Source of the DNA: Candidatus Eiseniibacteriota bacterium
Lineage (GTDB): Bacteria; Eisenbacteria; RBG-16-71-46
Direction of reading: 5' to 3'
Length of the DNA: 64,000 nucleotides
Assembly (NCBI GenBank): GCA_963717935.1
Contig: CAVQXP010000003.1
Location: forward strand, 56,819-120,818
Made by a program: the position numbers and the translations under genes. Within the stretch, counting starts at the first letter, position 1; the number at the start of each line of letters is the position of its first letter. Positions 62,190-64,000 of this stretch are shown here, in pieces. Under the pieces are notes generated by a model, which saw nothing but the letters and a program-made list of their open reading frames with translations, was not told where the DNA came from and searched no databases.

Positions 62190-62949
62190 TTATTTTGACC
62201 AATGACCCGGAACACGCAAATTAGCATCAACATCCGCAGCCGAAGGGGTCACTGTCACGGTAATACCGCCATGACATCCTCGTGGCAGAGGATTATATCC
62301 TTTTCGGGTATCACGGTTAACCTGCAAAACAGGGGGTTCACCCACGCCTTCAACTCCGGCAGCAGCGCCTAATGCAGCATATTGGGAGCCGTTGTCAGGT
62401 ATCCACAAGTTCACTTTATCTGCCTGAATGGTTGGCTTGGAAACATCGCAAATGTCGGCGATAGCAATCTCAATATTCAGCTTCTTGACGCATGAAGTCG
62501 GAACGAAATTAGGCGCAGTAAAAGCAAACGGTACGCGGCCCTCCAAATCCACTGCAAGCGAGCCTGCTTTACCATAAAATCCAGAAACATTGCCTAAGGC
62601 ATCGACTTTCTCCTCTCTGTACAGTAAAGATATCTTTACTTTGAATTAAATCGACCAGGCCCGCAATGGTTCCTTGCTCTATAACGGCGGCCAGATTGGC
62701 TGGGCTTTGAACAGGGTTTCCACGAGAGTCAGTGGCAGACAGTACAGGATTGTTAACAGGGAATACCACGCTCTGCAGGATTATGGGTTTTTCTGACTCT
62801 TCGCAGCCGTGGGCAATTTTTATTGCATTATCGTCAGTAGTTCCTTCCAGCGCCTGACTTTTTATTTCGTCATCCGCAAAAGCGGAGTTGCTGATTATTA
62901 AGGCTGTTAGCGTGAAAAAAACAATTTTTTGTAAAGCTTTGCGCTCCAT
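62190..62949 (-). CDS. Secreted paralog of the 60502-61423 protein; frameshifted
   Basis: AFA|DDEIKSQALEGTTDDNAIKIAHGC..QSVVFP; CVKKLNIEIAIADIC; VTVTPS. Confidence 0.65.
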
Positions 62950-63021
62950 AAGGTTCTCCATTAGGGCGTTGTTAAAATAATTTAAATTACGTGATGGAAA
63001 CTAAATCACTCGTAAAAGATA

Positions 63022-63037
63022 TGCACCATTCATGCCA
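63022..63037 (-). promoter_or_regulatory. sigma54-like promoter
   Basis: TGGCAT-GAATG-GTGCA upstream of ATG 62949. Confidence 0.6.
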
Positions 63038-63165
63038 GCCAATAAATTGAATACGACTAAAGACAATTATACCTTTACAGTCGCATAAAACAGCGGAATG
63101 GTCATAAAAGCTACGTGTCTCCACGCCGTTAAGGAACGTGCATGAAATAACTTGCACATCTTACT

Positions 63166-63251
63166 CCCTTGTATGTTTAACAAAGACAGCAAACCCTTGT
63201 ATGTTTAACAAAGACAGCAAACCCTGTATGTTTAACAAAGACAGCAAACCC
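63166..63251. repeat. Three tandem copies of a 28-bp unit at the IS110 left end
   Basis: CCCTTGTATGTTTAACAAAGACAGCAAA at 63166, 63194 and 63222 (third copy 27 bp). Confidence 0.92.
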
Positions 63252-63254
63252 GAG

Positions 63255-63423
63255 TTTTATTAGAATAGGGTTTCTAATAAAAATGATGTGGTAGACCGTT
63301 GGCCCTCTGGTTGTCAGAAGCCGTGGGAGAGCGTAGGTCGCCACATCAATCCCCATTAACTCGAACAGTTGCCAGGAGCATCATTTTGACTCCGTATCTA
63401 CAAGGCAGAGAAACCAGGGTATT
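63255..63423 (+). ncRNA. Putative IS110 bridge RNA
   Basis: 5' hairpin TTTTATTAGAA/TTCTAATAAAA; two stem-internal loop-stem modules (TGATGTGG/CCACATCA; GGAG/CTCC) carrying guide-like segments. Confidence 0.7.
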
Positions 63424-63428
63424 TGATT

Positions 63429-64000
63429 ATGACGAATAAAACTTATCAGTTCAACATAGGCGTTGATATAGCAAAACATAAATTAGATGTTTCTTTTAGT
63501 GATCAACGGGTTGTTTCTTTTGAAAACAATCAGTCTGGATTCAAGCTGTTATTAAAAGAAATAGAAAATAAGTCCCAAACCCGTGTGGTCATGGAGGCAA
63601 CCGGCGGCTATGAAAAACCTTTAGCGCATTTTCTTCAAGACCACGGGGTTGCCGTAAGCATCGTCAATGCCAAGCGGGTTAGAGATTACGCCAAGGCATT
63701 GGGTCTATTAGCAAAAAATGACGTCATTGATGCGAAAGTTATACGTATGTTTGCGGATGCGGTCAATCCTAAACTATTGCCAGCTGCAAACGATACCCAG
63801 CAAGCACTTGATGCTCAGGTACATCGACGTGAACAGTTGGTAAAACAACGAGCTATGGAAAAACAGCATTTAGAGACCGTAGGCAATAAAGATGCCGTTC
63901 GATCCATCAAGCGGACTATTAGTTTTCTTGACAAAGAAATTGAACGCATTGAGAAAACCATCAAGGCCTTGATTAAGACCGATTCTACTCTTACCGAGAA
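63429..64000 (+). CDS. IS110 recombinase/transposase (DEDD RuvC-like), 3' truncated by window edge
   Basis: MTNKTYQFNIGVDIAKHKLD...VVMEATGGYE...VNAKRVRDYAKALG..AKNDVIDA; absent from the ORF track because there is no stop in the window. Confidence 0.95.
   Translation, partial: MTNKTYQFNIGVDIAKHKLDVSFSDQRVVSFENNQSGFKLLLKEIENKSQTRVVMEATGGYEKPLAHFLQDHGVAVSIVNAKRVRDYAKALGLLAKNDVIDAKVIRMFADAVNPKLLPAANDTQQALDAQVHRREQLVKQRAMEKQHLETVGNKDAVRSIKRTISFLDKEIERIEKTIKALIKTDSTLTE

Larger units (their letters stand above)
63168..64000 (+). mobile_element. IS110-family element, left part
   Basis: CT core + TGTAT left end, long structured non-coding left end, DEDD recombinase. Confidence 0.88.

Noticed and set aside
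63166..63251. 28-bp repeats as a mini CRISPR array
   Set aside because: No spacers and no cas genes; the unit is the IS110 left end

Overview
The window consists of two unrelated genomic segments joined at about 39777. Segment 1 (1-39777; roughly 70% GC by eye) carries housekeeping genes (Mur ligase, ispG, ettA, chromate transporter, moeA, P5C dehydrogenase) and an arsenic/metal-redox cluster (ArsR, Acr3, ArsP-like permease, small thioredoxin, CDF transporter, divergent thioredoxin + CcdA). It also has an ECF sigma fused to a zinc anti-sigma domain, a decayed islet behind a 5' half tRNA-Lys (IS3, IS630 remnant), and an AOR-N/NuoE/NuoF operon cut by the junction. Segment 2 (39778-64000; roughly 40-45% GC by eye, Methylococcales-like by gene content) carries an xps-order type II secretion cluster, a TlpA-DUF4266-DUF3570-ApbE flavinylation operon, sigma54-driven secreted proteins with putative N-terminal His copper sites, REP/MITE repeats and the left part of an IS110 element. 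Two signals are missing from the ORF track. (1) A 95-aa ORF (12905-13192, minus) at the end of the ars cluster reads through two adjacent in-frame TGA codons followed by a SECIS-like hairpin, making it a candidate Sec-Sec selenoprotein. (2) The IS110 left end contains a readable bridge-RNA-like structure whose guides match its own end and a REP repeat found elsewhere in the window. Many genes carry single-base frameshifts, most likely long-read indel errors. All family calls come from motif recognition, not database searches.
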